The notes under the pieces are model-generated. The model did not search any database. It was not told the origin of the DNA and saw nothing but the letters and a program-made list of their open reading frames with translations. Positions 36,570 through 48,862 of a stretch of DNA of 64,000 bases are shown in pieces. The position numbers were made by a program, and so were the translations under genes. The stretch is from Haliotis rufescens (taxonomy: Eukaryota), in the NCBI RefSeq assembly GCF_023055435.1, contig NW_025963779.1, positions 3,720,001-3,784,000 on the forward strand, written 5' to 3'. The stretch's first letter is position 1; every line of letters starts with the position of its first letter.

Positions 36570-37539
36570 AATAACGACCAGTTGTAGCCGTGAATAGTTT
36601 CTCCAAAACAACAAGTTGTAGCGGTGAATAGTTTCCCCATAACGACAAGTTGTAGCGGTGAATAGTTTCCCCATAACGACAAGTTGTAGCGGTGAATAGT
36701 TTCCCCATAACGACAAGTTGTAGCGGTGAATTGTTTCCCCATGACGACCAACTGTAGCGGTGCACATTTTCCCATAACGACCAATTGTAGCGGTGCACAT
36801 TTTCCCATAACGACCAGTTGTAGCGGTGCACAGTTTCCCCATAACGACCAGTTGTAGCGGTGCAAGTTTCCGATAACGACCAGTTGTAGCGGTGCACAGT
36901 TTCCCCATAACGACCAGTTGTAGCGGTGCAAGTTTCCGATAACGACCAGTTGTAGCGGTGAATAATTTCCCCATAACGACCAGTTGTAGCGGTGTATAGT
37001 TTCTCCATAACGACCAGTTGTAGCGGTGCACAGTTTCCCCATAACGACCAGTTGTAGCGGTGAATAATTTCCCCATAACGACCAGTTGTAGAGGTGCACA
37101 TTTTCCCATAACGACCAGTTGTAGCGGTGCACATTTTCCCATAACGACCAGTTGTAGCGGTGCACAGTTTCCCCATAACGACCATCTGTGGCGGTGCACA
37201 GTTTCCCCATAACGACCAGTTGTAGCGGTGCACATTTTCCCATAACGACCAGTTGTAGCGGTGCACATTTTCCCGTAACGACCAGTTGTAGCGGTGCACA
37301 TTTTCCCGTAACGACCAGTTGTAGCGGTGCACATTTTCCCGTAACGACCAGTTGTAGCGGTGCACATTTTCCCGTAACGACCAGTTGTAGCGGTGCACAT
37401 TTTCCCGTAACGACCAGTTGTAGCGGTGCACAGTTTCCCCATAACGACCAGTTGTAGCGGTGAATAGTTTCCCCATAACGACCAGTTGTAGCGGTGCACA
37501 TTTTCCCATAACGACCATCTGTGGCGGTGGATAGTTTCT
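36570..37539. repeat. 33/34-bp minisatellite (CCCATAACGACCAGTTGTAGCGGTGCACATTTT)n, ~29 units
   Basis: Direct; all three minus-strand frames are open only because the unit lacks stops. Confidence 0.98.
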
Positions 37540-38424
37540 CTTGTATCCAAGCAGAACTTACACGTCGTCGAGAAAAGTTTTAAACATCTGAAACACGATC
37601 TCAAATGAATAAGAAATACAATAAAATAAATGCAGGGTGTTGTCTGAAACGTTTCTATGTTAACCACGGCCATATTTATGTGCTTAGCAGCATCGTAAAC
37701 ATTGCAGGAACGATCATTATGTCCATGTAAAAATACTATTGAGAACACCTGCACAGTCTCAGGGTAGATCGCCCCGCTGCATGATGGGAAAGGCTGTCTA
37801 ACATCTCATCACGGCGGCCAGAATCAAGATAATCTACCATGGCTTGTTTTGCAAAAGTATTTTGCTTTCCGGGGAATATCGCTACTGATATAACAGCATT
37901 CATTACATACAAATAAGCCATTAAGACCAGATTGTGCACAACTAGCACTATATAGAGTTTGTTATCATCGGTTAAGAGTATGACGTATTATAGATGTATT
38001 TATGGTTTAAGTTAGATGAGATCCGGAACTTGAAATTGAATTGGTTTCATAATTTCTTTAAAACCCCATGTGTTTACGAGTTTAATCGTGGTTGATGTCG
38101 GATGTAGACCCACATCTGAAGGCATGTCGGTAATATGTTTAGGTATTCTTGTCTAATTATATGTAGAGGTTGCTTGTGTTGTTTTTTGTCATTCTTCGCA
38201 TTGAGGATGTTTGGGCCCCGCATACTTCGGCAGCTGGAGATAAGGCGTTTGAGATAACTCGTGAGCTAAAAACAAATACCTATTCCACTTTACCCTACAA
38301 TCATATAACGCATATTGTATTAATTCCCAGGAAACTAATATTGTAAGATTAATTTAAAATTATTTTGAAATGATTTAACAGGGACTTGGAACTCATCGTA
38401 TTTTATACTAAAAGCACCGTGTTG

Positions 38425-41400
38425 TCTCCCAGTGAGAGGTGGCGGGTTAGCCAAGTGGTTAAAGTGGTCCCCCTCACCCAGATATCTCCCAGTGAGAGGT
38501 GGCGGGTTAGCCCAGTGGGGAAAGTGGTCCCACTCACCAAGATATCTCCCAGTGAGAGGTGGCGGGTTAGCCCAGTGGGGAAAGTGGTCCCACTCACCAA
38601 GATATCTCCCAGTGAGAGGTGGCGGGTTAGCCCAGTGGGGAAAGTGGTCCCACTCACCAAGATATCTCCCAGTGAGAGGTGGCGGGTTAGCCCAGTGGGG
38701 AAAGTGGTGCCACTCACCAAGATATCTCCCAGTGAGAGGTGGCGGGTTAACCCAGTGGGGAAAGTGGTCCCACTCACAAAGATATCTCCCAGTGAGAGGT
38801 GGCGGGTTAACCCAGTGGGGAAAGTGGTCCCACTCACCAAGATATCTCCCAGTGAGAGGTGGCGGGTTAACCCAGTGGTTATAGTGGTCCCACTCACCCA
38901 GATATTTCCCAGTGAGAGGTGGCGGGTTAGCCCAGTGGGGAAAGTGGTCCCACTCACCAAGATATCTCCCAGTGAGAGGTGGCGGGTTAGCCCAGTTGGT
39001 AAAGTGGTCCCCCTCACCAAGATATCTCCCAGTGAGAGGTGGCGGGTTAACCCAGTGGGGAAAGTGGTCCCACTCACCAAGATATCTCCTAGTGAGAGGT
39101 GGCGGGTTAGCCCAGTGGGGAAAGTGGTCCCACTCACCAAGATATCTCCCAGTGAGAGGTGGCGGGTTAACCCAGTGGGGAAAGTGGTCCCCCCCCCCCC
39201 CCCCTCACCCAGATATTTCCCAGTGAGAGGTGGCGGGTTAGCCCAGTGGGGAAAGTGGTCCCCCGCACCCAGATATCTCCCAGGGAGAGGTGGCGGGTTA
39301 GCCCAGTGGGAAAAGTGGTCCCCCTCACCCAGATATCTCCCAGTGAGAGGTGGCGGGTTAACCCAGTGGTTATAGAGGTCCCCCCTCACCCAGATATTTC
39401 CCAGTGAGAGGTGGCGGGTTAACCCAGTGGGGAAAGTGGTCCCCCGCACCCAGATATCTCCCAGTGAGAGGTGGCAGGGTAACCCAGTGGGGAAAGTGGT
39501 CCCCCCCAACCCAGATGTCTCCCAGTGAGAGGTGGCGGGTTAACCCAGTGGTTATAGTGGTCCCCCCTCACCCAGATATTTCCCAGTGAGAGGTGGCGGG
39601 TTAACCCAGTGGGGAAAGTGGTCCCCCGCACCCAGATATCTCCCAGGGAGAGGTGGCGGGTTAGCCCAGTGGGGAAAGTGGTCCCCCTCACCCAGATATC
39701 TCCCAGTGAGAGGTGGCGGGTTAACCCAGTGGTTATAGTGGTCCCCCCTCACCCAGATATTTCCCAGTGAGAGGTGGCGGGTTAACCCAGTGGGGAAAGT
39801 GGTCCCCCGCACCCAGATATCTCCCAGTGAGAGGTGGCGGGTTAACCCAGTGGGGAAAGTGGTCCCCCCCACCCAGATGTCTCCCAGTGAGAGGTGGCGG
39901 GTTAACCCAGTGGTTATAGTGGTCCCCCCTCACCCAGATATTTCCCAGTGAGAGGTGGCGGGTTAACCCAGTGGGGAAAGTGGTCCCCCGCACCCAGATA
40001 TCTCCCAGGGAGAGGTGGCGGGTTAACCCAGTGGTTATAGTGGTCCCACTCACCCAGATATTTCCCAGTGAGAGGTGGCGGGTTAGCCCAGTGGGGAAAG
40101 TGGTCCCACTCACCAAGATATCTCCCAGTGAGAGGTGGCGGTTTAGCCCAGTGGGTAAAGTGGTCCCCCTCACCAAGATATCTCCCAGTGAGAGGTGGCG
40201 GGTTAACCCAGTGGGGAAAGTGGTCCCACTCACCAAGATATCTCCTAGTGAGAGGTGGCGGGTTAACCCAGTGGTTATAGTGGTCCCACTCACCCAGATA
40301 TTTCCCAGTGAGAGGTGGCGGGTTAGCCCAGTGGGGAAAGTGGTCCCACTCACCAAGATATCTCCCAGTGAGAGGTGGCGGGTTAGCCCAGTGGGTAAAG
40401 TGGTCCCCCTCACCAAGATATCTCCCAGTGAGAGGTGGCGGGTTAACCCAGTGGGGAAAGTGGTCCCACTCACCAAGATATCTCCTAGTGAGAGGTGGCG
40501 GGTTAGCCCAGTGGGGAAAGTGGTCCCACTCACCAAGATATCTCCCAGTGAGAGGTGGCGGGTTAACCCAGTGGGGAAAGTGGTCCCCCCCCCCCCTCAC
40601 CCAGATATTTCCCAGTGAGAGGTGGCGGGTCAGCCCAGTGGGGAAAGTGGTCCCCCGCACCCAGATATCTCCCAGGGAGAGGTGGCGGGTTAGCCCAGTG
40701 GGAAAAGTGGTCCCCCTCACCCAGATATCTCCCAGTGAGAGGTGGCGGGTTAACCCAGTGGTTATAGAGGTCCCCCCTCACCCAGATATTTCCCAGTGAG
40801 AGGTGGCGGGTTAACCCAGTGGGGAAAGTGGTCCCCCGCACCCAGATATCTCCCAGTGAGAGGTGGCAGGGTAACCCAGCGGGGAAAGTGGTCCCCCCCA
40901 ACCCAGATGTCTCCCAGTGAGAGGTGGCGGGTTAACCCAGTGGTTATAGTGGTCCCCCCTCACCCAGATATTTCCCAGTGAGAGGTGGCGGGTTAACCCA
41001 GTGGGGAAAGTGGTCCCCCGCACCCAGATATCTCCCAGGGAGAGGTGGCGGGTTAGCCCAGTGGGGAAAGTGGTCCCCCTCACCCAGATATCTCCCAGTG
41101 AGAGGTGGCGGGTTAACCCAGTGGTTATAGTGGTCCCCCCTCACCCAGATATTTCCCAGTGAGAGGTGGCGGGTTAACCCAGTGGAGAAAGTGGTCCCCC
41201 GCACCCAGATATCTCCCAGTGAGAGGTGGCGGGTTAACCCAGTGGGGAAAGTGGTCCCCCCCACCCAGATGTCTCCCAGTGAGAGGTGGCGGGTTAACCC
41301 AGTGGTTATAGTGGTCCCCCCTCACCCAGATATTTCCCAGTGAGAGGTGGCGGGTTAACCCAGTGGGGAAAGTGGTCCCCCGCACCCAGATATCTCCCAG

Positions 41401-42417
41401 TGAGAGGTGGCGGGTTAGCCCAGTGGGGAAAGTGGTCCCCCTCACCCAGATATCTCCCAGTGAGAGGTGGCGGGTTAGCCCAGTGGGGAAAGTGGTCCCC
41501 CTCACCGAGATATTTCCCAGTGAGAGGTGGCGGGTTAACCCAGTGGTTATAGTGGTCCCCCCTCACCCAGATATTTCCCAGTGAGAGGTGGCGGGTTAAC
41601 CCAGTGGTTATAGTGGTCCCCCCTCACCCAGATATTTCCCAGTGAGAGGTGGCGGGTTAACCCAGTGGGGTAAGTGGTCCCCCTCACCCAGATATCTCCC
41701 AGTGAGAGGTGGCGGGTTAACCCAGTGGTTATAGTGGTCCCCCCTCACCCAGATATTTCCCAGTGAGAGGTGGCGGGTTAACCCAGTGGGGAAAGTGGTC
41801 CCCCGCACCCAGATATCTCCCAGGGAGAGGTGGCGGGTTAACCCAGTGGGGAAAGTGGTCCCCCTCACCCAGATATCTCCCAGTGAGAGGTGGCGGGTTA
41901 ACCCAGTGGTTATAGTGGTCCCCCCTCACCCAGATATTTCCCAGTGAGAGGTGGCGGGTTAACCCAGTGGGGAAAGTGGTCCCCCGCACCCAGATATCTC
42001 CCAGTGAGAGGTGGCGGGTTAGCCCAGTGGGGAAAGTGGTCCCCCTCACCCAGATATCTCCCAGTGAGAGGTGGCGGGTTAGCCCAGTGGGGAAAGTGGT
42101 CCCCCTCACCGAGATATTTCCCAGTGAGAGGTGGCGGGTTAACCCAGTGGTTATAGTGGTCCCCCCTCACCCAGATATTTCCCAGTGAGAGGTGGCGGGT
42201 TAACCCAGTGGTTATAGTGGTCCCCCCTCACCCAGATATTTCCCAGTGAGAGGTGGCGTGTTAACCCAGTGGGGTAAGTGGTCCCCCTCACCCAGATATC
42301 TCCCAGTGAGAGGTGGCGGGTTAACCCAGTGGTTATAGTGGTCCCCCCTCACCCAGATATTTCCCAGTGAGAGGTGGCGGGTTAACCCAGTGGGGAAAGT
42401 GGTCCTCGTCACCAGAT
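38425..42417 (+). repeat. 60/61-bp tandem array, ~66 units, derived from a SINE-A tRNA head
   Basis: Unit CCCAGTGAGAGGTGGCGGGTTAGCCCAGTGGGGAAAGTGGTCCCACTCACCAAGATATCT; the last unit runs into SINE-A-like body sequence. Confidence 0.98.
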
Positions 42418-42496
42418 TCGTTCTATTCCTATCGTGGCACAGTATGCAAAAATCAAATATCCTCCGCCCTGTTATTTATGAAATATTGCTGAAAGC
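42405..42496 (+). mobile_element. Degenerate SINE family A body contiguous with the last satellite unit
   Basis: CTCGTCAC..GTTCTATTCC (B-box remnant)..TCCTCCGCC..GAAATATTGCTGAAAGC versus consensus CTCGTCAC..GTTCGATTCC..TCCCCCGCC..GAATATTGCTAAAAGC. Confidence 0.75.
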
Positions 42497-42676
42497 AAAT
42501 GGATAATGATGCTGATGTCATAGCTAGCAATACCAGCCCATCTGTATCATCTACATTTACCTGGGCTATTGCTTGAGTACATTTCATGCAAATATTCCAA
42601 TCTCAATGTACATGATGCACAATCGGTTACTGGTTCCCCTGTCTTGAATAATTATAAGATTTGCTATTTAAGTACG

Positions 42677-42808
42677 GTGCTCGTGGGGTTCACCGAAGTG
42701 GTCTGAGAGCCGAATCACTTCGGCCTTTCCTCCCACATTAAGCTGACACGCCGTGATATTACTGGAATACTGTTAAAAGCGGCGTTAAACCCTATTTATT
42801 CACTCACT
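42677..42808 (+). mobile_element. SINE family B, 5'-truncated (additional tail fragment at 42880-42923)
   Basis: GTGCTCGTGGGGTTCACCGAAGTGG...GACACGCCGTGATA..AAAAGCGGCGTTAAAC. Confidence 0.9.
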
Positions 42809-43185
42809 GTTAATACATCCAGGGACTATAGGTACAATGTGCATTTATGATTTTCCTGATTTTTTTTGTCTTAAGCATTATAACTGGAATACCATTAAAA
42901 GCGGCGTTGCACCCAACCCACTATTTATGTAAGATTTGCTTCATTAAGAAAAATGTATATAATATATATTTATGTACATATTTTACACCTCCAATAATCT
43001 TGAAACCACCCTGCTTCGCTCTACTAGGCTCAGCCACTGGCGTTGTGGTTTACGAGTCGACTATCATGCAAGTGAGACGGCGTGGGTTTGTTCCGACCTG
43101 GCCTTCCAAAAAGCAGCAGTGGTCGTCCTTAGCGCTAGTAGCATCGTACGTGTTTGTGACCAACACAGTGTAAGAAGTCTCTCAG

Positions 43186-43424
43186 CCCGTAAAGATCTAG
43201 GTTAGAATAGGTTTTCAGCAACCCATGCTTGCGTTAAAGGCGACTAGCGGTATCGGGTTGTCAGGCTCGCTGACTTGGTTGATGTATGTCATCGTATCCC
43301 AATTGCGCGGATCGATGCTCTTGATGTCATTCACTGGATTGTCTGGTCCAGACTCTATTTTTTACAGGCTGCCGTCATATAGCTGAAATATTGCTGAGTG
43401 CGGCGTGAAACAACAATAAAAAAA
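43186..43424 (+). mobile_element. SINE family C, full length
   Basis: CCCGTAAAGATCTAGGTTAGAATAGG...GAGTGCGGCGTGAAACAAC. Confidence 0.92.
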
Positions 43425-43785
43425 GTCTGTCTGAAGTTAAGATCGTATGCCAAGTTTAGTTTTTACGATCAAATGCGATTCCACTGTATGGTGACACGAT
43501 CATGCTATTGGTGTGTGTTTATTTGCCTATCGCCTCTTATCATTAAAGTAGGTTTAAAGTGTTGCTTTTACCCTAAATAGTCCAAAGAAATACAACCAAT
43601 TGCAATAGATAAGGAATACATCAATTAACGTGCAGTTAGACAGGTCTTATAATAGATTAAATGATTTACCTCGCTTGCCAGATATTTAATCCTGGGAGGA
43701 ATTCGGTTACTTTCATAGGGGAGTTAAGTACAGGTACATATAAAATGGATTTGTGAATCAGACAGTGAGTTAGGTGTCCAACGGC

Positions 43786-45093
43786 GTTTGATAGGGCGGG
43801 GTGACTTTGCGGGATAGACTGGGTATGGTGTTTGATAGGGCGGAGTGACTTGGCGGGATAGAGTGGGTATGGTGTTTGATAGGGCGGAGTGACTTGGCGG
43901 GATAGACTGGGTATGGTGTTTGATAGGGCGGAGTGACTTGGCGGGATAGACTGGGTATGGTGTTTGATAGGGCGGAGTGACTTTGCGGGATAGAGTGGGT
44001 ATGGTGTTTGATAGGGCGGAGTGACTTGGCGGGATAGAGTGGGTATGGTGTTTGATAGGGCGGGGTGACTTGGCGGGATAGAGTGGGTATGGTGTTTGAT
44101 AGGGCGGAGTGACTTGGCGGGATAGAGTGGGTATGGTGTTTGATAGGGCGGGGTGACTTGGCGGGATAGACTGGGTATGGTGTTTGATAGGGCGGAGTGA
44201 CTTGGCGGGATAGAGTGGGTATGGTGTTTGATAGGGCGGGGTGACTTGGCGGGATAGACTGGGTATGGTGTTTGATAGGGCGGAGTGACTTGGCGGGATA
44301 GAGTGGGTATGGTGTTTGATAGGGCGGGGTGACTTGGCGGGATAGACTGGGTATGGTGTTTGATAGGGCGGGGTGACTTGGCGGGATAGAGTGGGTATGG
44401 TGTTTGATAGGCCGGGATGACTTGGCGGGATAGAGTGGGTATGGTGTTTGATAGGGCGGGGTGACTTGGCGGGATAGACTGGGTATGGTGTTTGATAGGG
44501 CGGAGTGACTTGGCGGGATAGAGTGGGTATGGTGTTTGATAGGGCGGGGTGACAGGGCGGGGTGACTTGGCGGGATAGAGTGTGTATGGTGTTTGATAGG
44601 GCGGGGTGACTTTGCGGGATAGAGTGGATATGGTGTTTGATAGGGCGGGGTGACTTGGCGGGATAGACTGGGTATGGTGTTTGATAGGGCGGAGTGACTT
44701 GGCGGGATAGAGTGGGTATGGTGTTTGATAGGGCGGAGTGACTTGGCGGGATAGACTGTGTATGGTGTTTGATAGGGCGGGGTGACTTTGCGGGATAGAG
44801 TGGGTATGGTGTTTGATAGGGCGGGGTGACTTTGCGGGATAGACTGGGTATGGTGTTTGATAGGGCGGGGTGACTTGGCGGGATAGAGTGGGTATGGTGT
44901 ATGATAGGGCGGGATGACTTGGCGGGATAGACTGGGTATGGTGTTTGATAGGGCGGGGTGACTTGGTGGGATAGAGTGGGTATGGTGTTTGATAGGGCGG
45001 GGTGACTTGGCGGGATAGACTGGGTATGGTGTTTGATAGGGCGGAGTGACTTGGCGGGATAGACTGGGTATGGTGTTTGATAGGGCGGGGGAC
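43786..45093. repeat. 44-bp G-rich minisatellite, ~30 units
   Basis: GTTTGATAGGGCGGGGTGACTTGGCGGGATAGACTGGGTATGGT; TTTGATAGGG at 43787 and 43831. Confidence 0.98.
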
Positions 45094-45400
45094 ATGATGA
45101 GATACTGTGGGGTATTATGTGAATGAGGGGCAAGGGGTGATATCTGCGGGTTGGCACGCTGAGGGGCAGGGTGTGTGTGAGTGAGGTTGCATGTAGTGGG
45201 GTGGCGATGGGTGACTAGGGGTGGTGTGGAATATGAAGGGGTGTGGATGGATCAAGTGTTTGATGTGGTTGGATGTTTGGTTGTCTGTCATTGCTGAGAT
45301 GAACATATCTCAGAACATTGCTCGTTGTCTGTTGAAGACAATCAGTATCAAAGAACAGCATTAGCATTATATATTTTAGTGGAACGTCATCCTAACGAGA

Positions 45401-45569
45401 AGTGAGTGAATGAGGTTGGTTGTACGCCGCTTTTAGCAATATTCCAGCAATATCAGGGCCGGCGAATCCAAAAGATGGGCTTCACACATTGTACCCATGT
45501 GGGAAATTGAACCCGGGTCTTCGGCATGACGAGCGAACGCTTTAACCACTAGGCTAGCAAACCGCCCCC
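45401..45569 (-). mobile_element. SINE family A
   Basis: ACGCCGCTTTTAGCAATATTCCAGC...GAGCGAACGCTTTAACCACTAGGCTA. Confidence 0.93.
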
Positions 45570-47190
45570 TTCCCACACCCCTACCGAGTAGTACCCGCAT
45601 TAATATGAGAATCGACGTACCAAAACAGTTGATTCTTAGTCAATTGAATATTTACTGTGTTCGTAATTAGGGAGGTCCAGGTATTGACAATAAATTCATC
45701 CAGGTAATTGTACGACTAGAACCTTCACGCTTTTCATGGATGGCATAAGCTCTAACGAAGGCACATTCCTGTGTTAATGGTTGAAGACGGTCAACACTGA
45801 GAGGTTTAGTGCTGGGTGTTATCTGAGGATTGGGATACCTCATTGATGAAGGTCCAGACGTTGCGGAAACGCTGACAGTGTTAAAACAGTTGATTGTCCT
45901 TATTTTCTACAGCCAACGTCTGCACTCCGCATTCGGAGCTTACATATGTGTTTGAACATTGAGACTATACCGTGAACATGTTGCGTTTCCACTGTGAGGC
46001 TCTGATTGTACTATACACATGTTATCGCTTTGATCCGTGTAGTTTATTTCAACATTTGTTGATTTTGTTATGTTTTGTAGAATTATGTAAAGAAGAACAA
46101 TATGGTTTAATATATACAACCGCATTTTAAAATCCGTGTGTTTACTACGCAGGGATTGCATTTCCGGTACGCCTCATGTTCAAGTACTTCAAGAAATATA
46201 CATCGCTTCCTTTGTTTTTTCGTTCCCATTAGAAATGAAATCAAAACAATATTATGACATACTTTTTTAGCTGAAGCGCCCCTACTCCACGATGTTTCAA
46301 GAACTCTGACATTTCCTATTCTGATTTTCCATTTAGATGTCAATTTCCGGTAACTTTTGTAGACATGCTCAATGCCATCAGCGGATGTGACAAAATGTAG
46401 GAATTGAATTCGTAAATGAAACAGAGTAACATGATGATAGCGCAGGCATGTAACAAAGCATGCTTATTTTCTCAGTTACCGATCCTGCTTTTTGTATAAA
46501 CACCTGCGCGCCACACCTGCTGTTTATGTTCAAGTCTGCGCATCTGCAGGAAGGCACACGGAATCTGGTGCATTTATGCGTAAGCATTGCTAAACATGTG
46601 CACCGACATGCGTGTACATACCCCATCTGGCGCAGCCCTGATACCGGCAGTTGTGTACTGGTTCTGTTCAGAAAAGCATGAAATAGCGTCTTTTTTATTG
46701 TCTTAATGATCACTTAGCTCCTTGTTAAAAGCCCCGAAGAGAACTTGAACCATAAATGTTTGAATGGCGTCAGAGAGCCAACGACGTAGACATTTAAATA
46801 TTTCAAACTCTCACTTGATGACAGAACGTTTTAAGAATCCTGTCGGCAGATAAAAGGCGTCAGTCTGTGCGGTAAGGATGGTACGTCTGTGGTCAAGGAG
46901 GTGCTTTTTGTACCACTCGATGTACACGAGGTGAATGCACTCCAACTAACAAGTCGAGTTGCAAAACAGTAGCGAAAGAAAGGAGATAAACGCTGCAACA
47001 ATTTTTTTCCCAGATATAAACAGCTCATGGCTTTATTTCGGGAAATGTTGTTGACATACATATATGTTCCTCAACACCAAATTATCCAATACAGCTCTCA
47101 ACAATGAGTTTTCGAAAGTTTGCATGAGTTGAAATGAACGGCCCAATTACCATAAAACTAGGATACAAATAACGCTTAACGACTATGATA

Positions 47191-47530
47191 TACCATATGG
47201 CCCGTGTGTTTTTCAGGTGAACAATTGACTTGCCTTTGCATGTGTTTGTGACGGGTGCCACAGATGGGCAGGATACGCTCACCTTTTCACGAACAACTGG
47301 CATCATCACTATTTGATAGTGATTCATGAACACATGCTCATGATAAAGTCGGAATCGTAAGATTTCTTTTGGCTATGGTTTTGTCGTTTTAATATATATG
47401 CAATTAGCCAGGTCACTGAGTTAACCACACGATCTCCATTTTATCTGGCAAGTCTGAGGTACTTAAATTGGGACCTGTTGGGCTTTTAGCAGAGGTTTCT
47501 ATTGAATATGGAAAGGTTTTATCGCTTTTA
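47191..47530 (+). mobile_element. PLE family D 3' fragment, with a second terminal segment at 47475-47530
   Basis: TACCATATGGCCCGTGTGTTTTTCAGGTGAAC...GCATGTGTTTGTGACGGGTGCC; colinear with the reverse complement of 63221-63430. Confidence 0.87.
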
Positions 47531-48291
47531 CACTGAATGTAAAATCATTATATTATTATCATGTTTATTCTTTTCATGGCCATGGCATCTGACATTGTGG
47601 AAACTTACCAAGGGATTCTAAAGATAACTTAATATAGGGTCCGTCCATTTCTATCCCACCCTGAACGGCCACTCATGAAAAGAGCAATTGGATCTGTGCC
47701 CTACCAAAATTGCTTATAACCGCAAAATGGCTCATAAACTGCGTGTCAAATTTATTGCTGAGATTGGCACGTGTCAAACGGTGTGCTGAAGTGTTTCCCA
47801 CTGATATGATATACACTAAGTCCGACAATCATCATATTTACCTACACATAACACGGCGCCTTCGTCATGAAAGGCTGTCAGAAGGCTAGGCAGCGACGCC
47901 AGCCACGCTCCCCCAAAACTCGACCCCCGGCAAACAAGGGGCCTGGCAAGTATATGACTGGTGGCGGATGATGCGGATTAGTGGGCATCGACAGGCCATC
48001 TAGGGCAGTCGCGAGTCTCTTTAATTTACCCCGGGGCTGGGGATTTGTGTGCTTAAAATTAATAGACTTTTCACACTGATGTGCAAATGGAACCGTTCAG
48101 TAGATTGAAGCCAAGTATTTATAGTGTTTGTGGATTTTTGGTTTTATCGATTCTTTTGGAGTTTACCGCCTCTTAACATGTTCTGAATAAAAACTGAAAC
48201 ATGGATGTTTGATGTATATGTTTATGATGTTATTCTGCGGTGTACTTTTACATCATGTTATAATCGTTTAGGGTTTATATGTTGTTGCGCA

Positions 48292-48523
48292 ACCCGTGAA
48301 GATCCGGGTTAGAATTGGTCTTCAACAACCCATGCTTGTCGTAGGAGGCGACTAACGGGATCGGGTGGTCGCTGACTTGGTTGATGCTTGTCATCGTATC
48401 CCAATTGCGTGGATCGATTAGTATGATGTCAATCACTGAATTGTCTGGTCCAGACTCGATTATTTACAGACCGCTTTCATATAGCTGGGATATTGCTGAG
48501 TGCGGCGTTAAGCAACAAACAAA
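48292..48523 (+). mobile_element. SINE family C, full-length reference-like copy
   Basis: CCCGTGAAGATCCGGGTTAGAATTGGTCTTC...; TSD ATATGTTGTT(G/C)CG at 48277 and 48524. Confidence 0.95.
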
Positions 48524-48704
48524 ATATGTTGTTCCGACCTTGAAAGGTAGCGTAGGACGTTCGGTCATCGCACAGAAAAAAAGTTTGCGTTCTATTCATG
48601 TGGATGAGGAAGTTTAATTTCCATTCACCACTATTCTATATAACTGTGTTGTAGTTACAACCGCACAACACCCAGCCCTGCCCATGATATGTACCTTCGT
48701 GCAA

Positions 48705-48862
48705 GGGTAGCCTAGTGGTAAAAAGGTTCGCTCGTCTCGCCGAAGACTGGTGTTCCATTCCCAAAATAGATACACTGCGTGAAGCCCATGTTTGGTGTCA
48801 GCCGCATTGCTATGGCTGGAAGATCGCAAAGGCGTTGTGACACCATACTCAATATCACTTAC
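48705..48862 (+). mobile_element. SINE family A, diverged
   Basis: GGGTAGCCTAGTGGTAAAAAGGTTCGCTCGTCTCGCCGAAGAC..GTGAAGCCCAT. Confidence 0.85.

Noticed and set aside
45836-45910. Penelope-type hammerhead ribozyme (TTGATGA...GAAAC)
   Set aside because: Core C3 is T and stem II cannot be formed convincingly; at most a decayed PLE terminus. Other CTGATGA hits (8021, 21659, 22520, 23540, 27268) lack a properly placed GAAA.
47238-47337. SECIS or HDV-like ribozyme in the PLE 3' UTR
   Set aside because: GTGAC/TGAT could mimic a SECIS core but helix II and the apical AA do not form; HDV strand order and L3 length do not fit.
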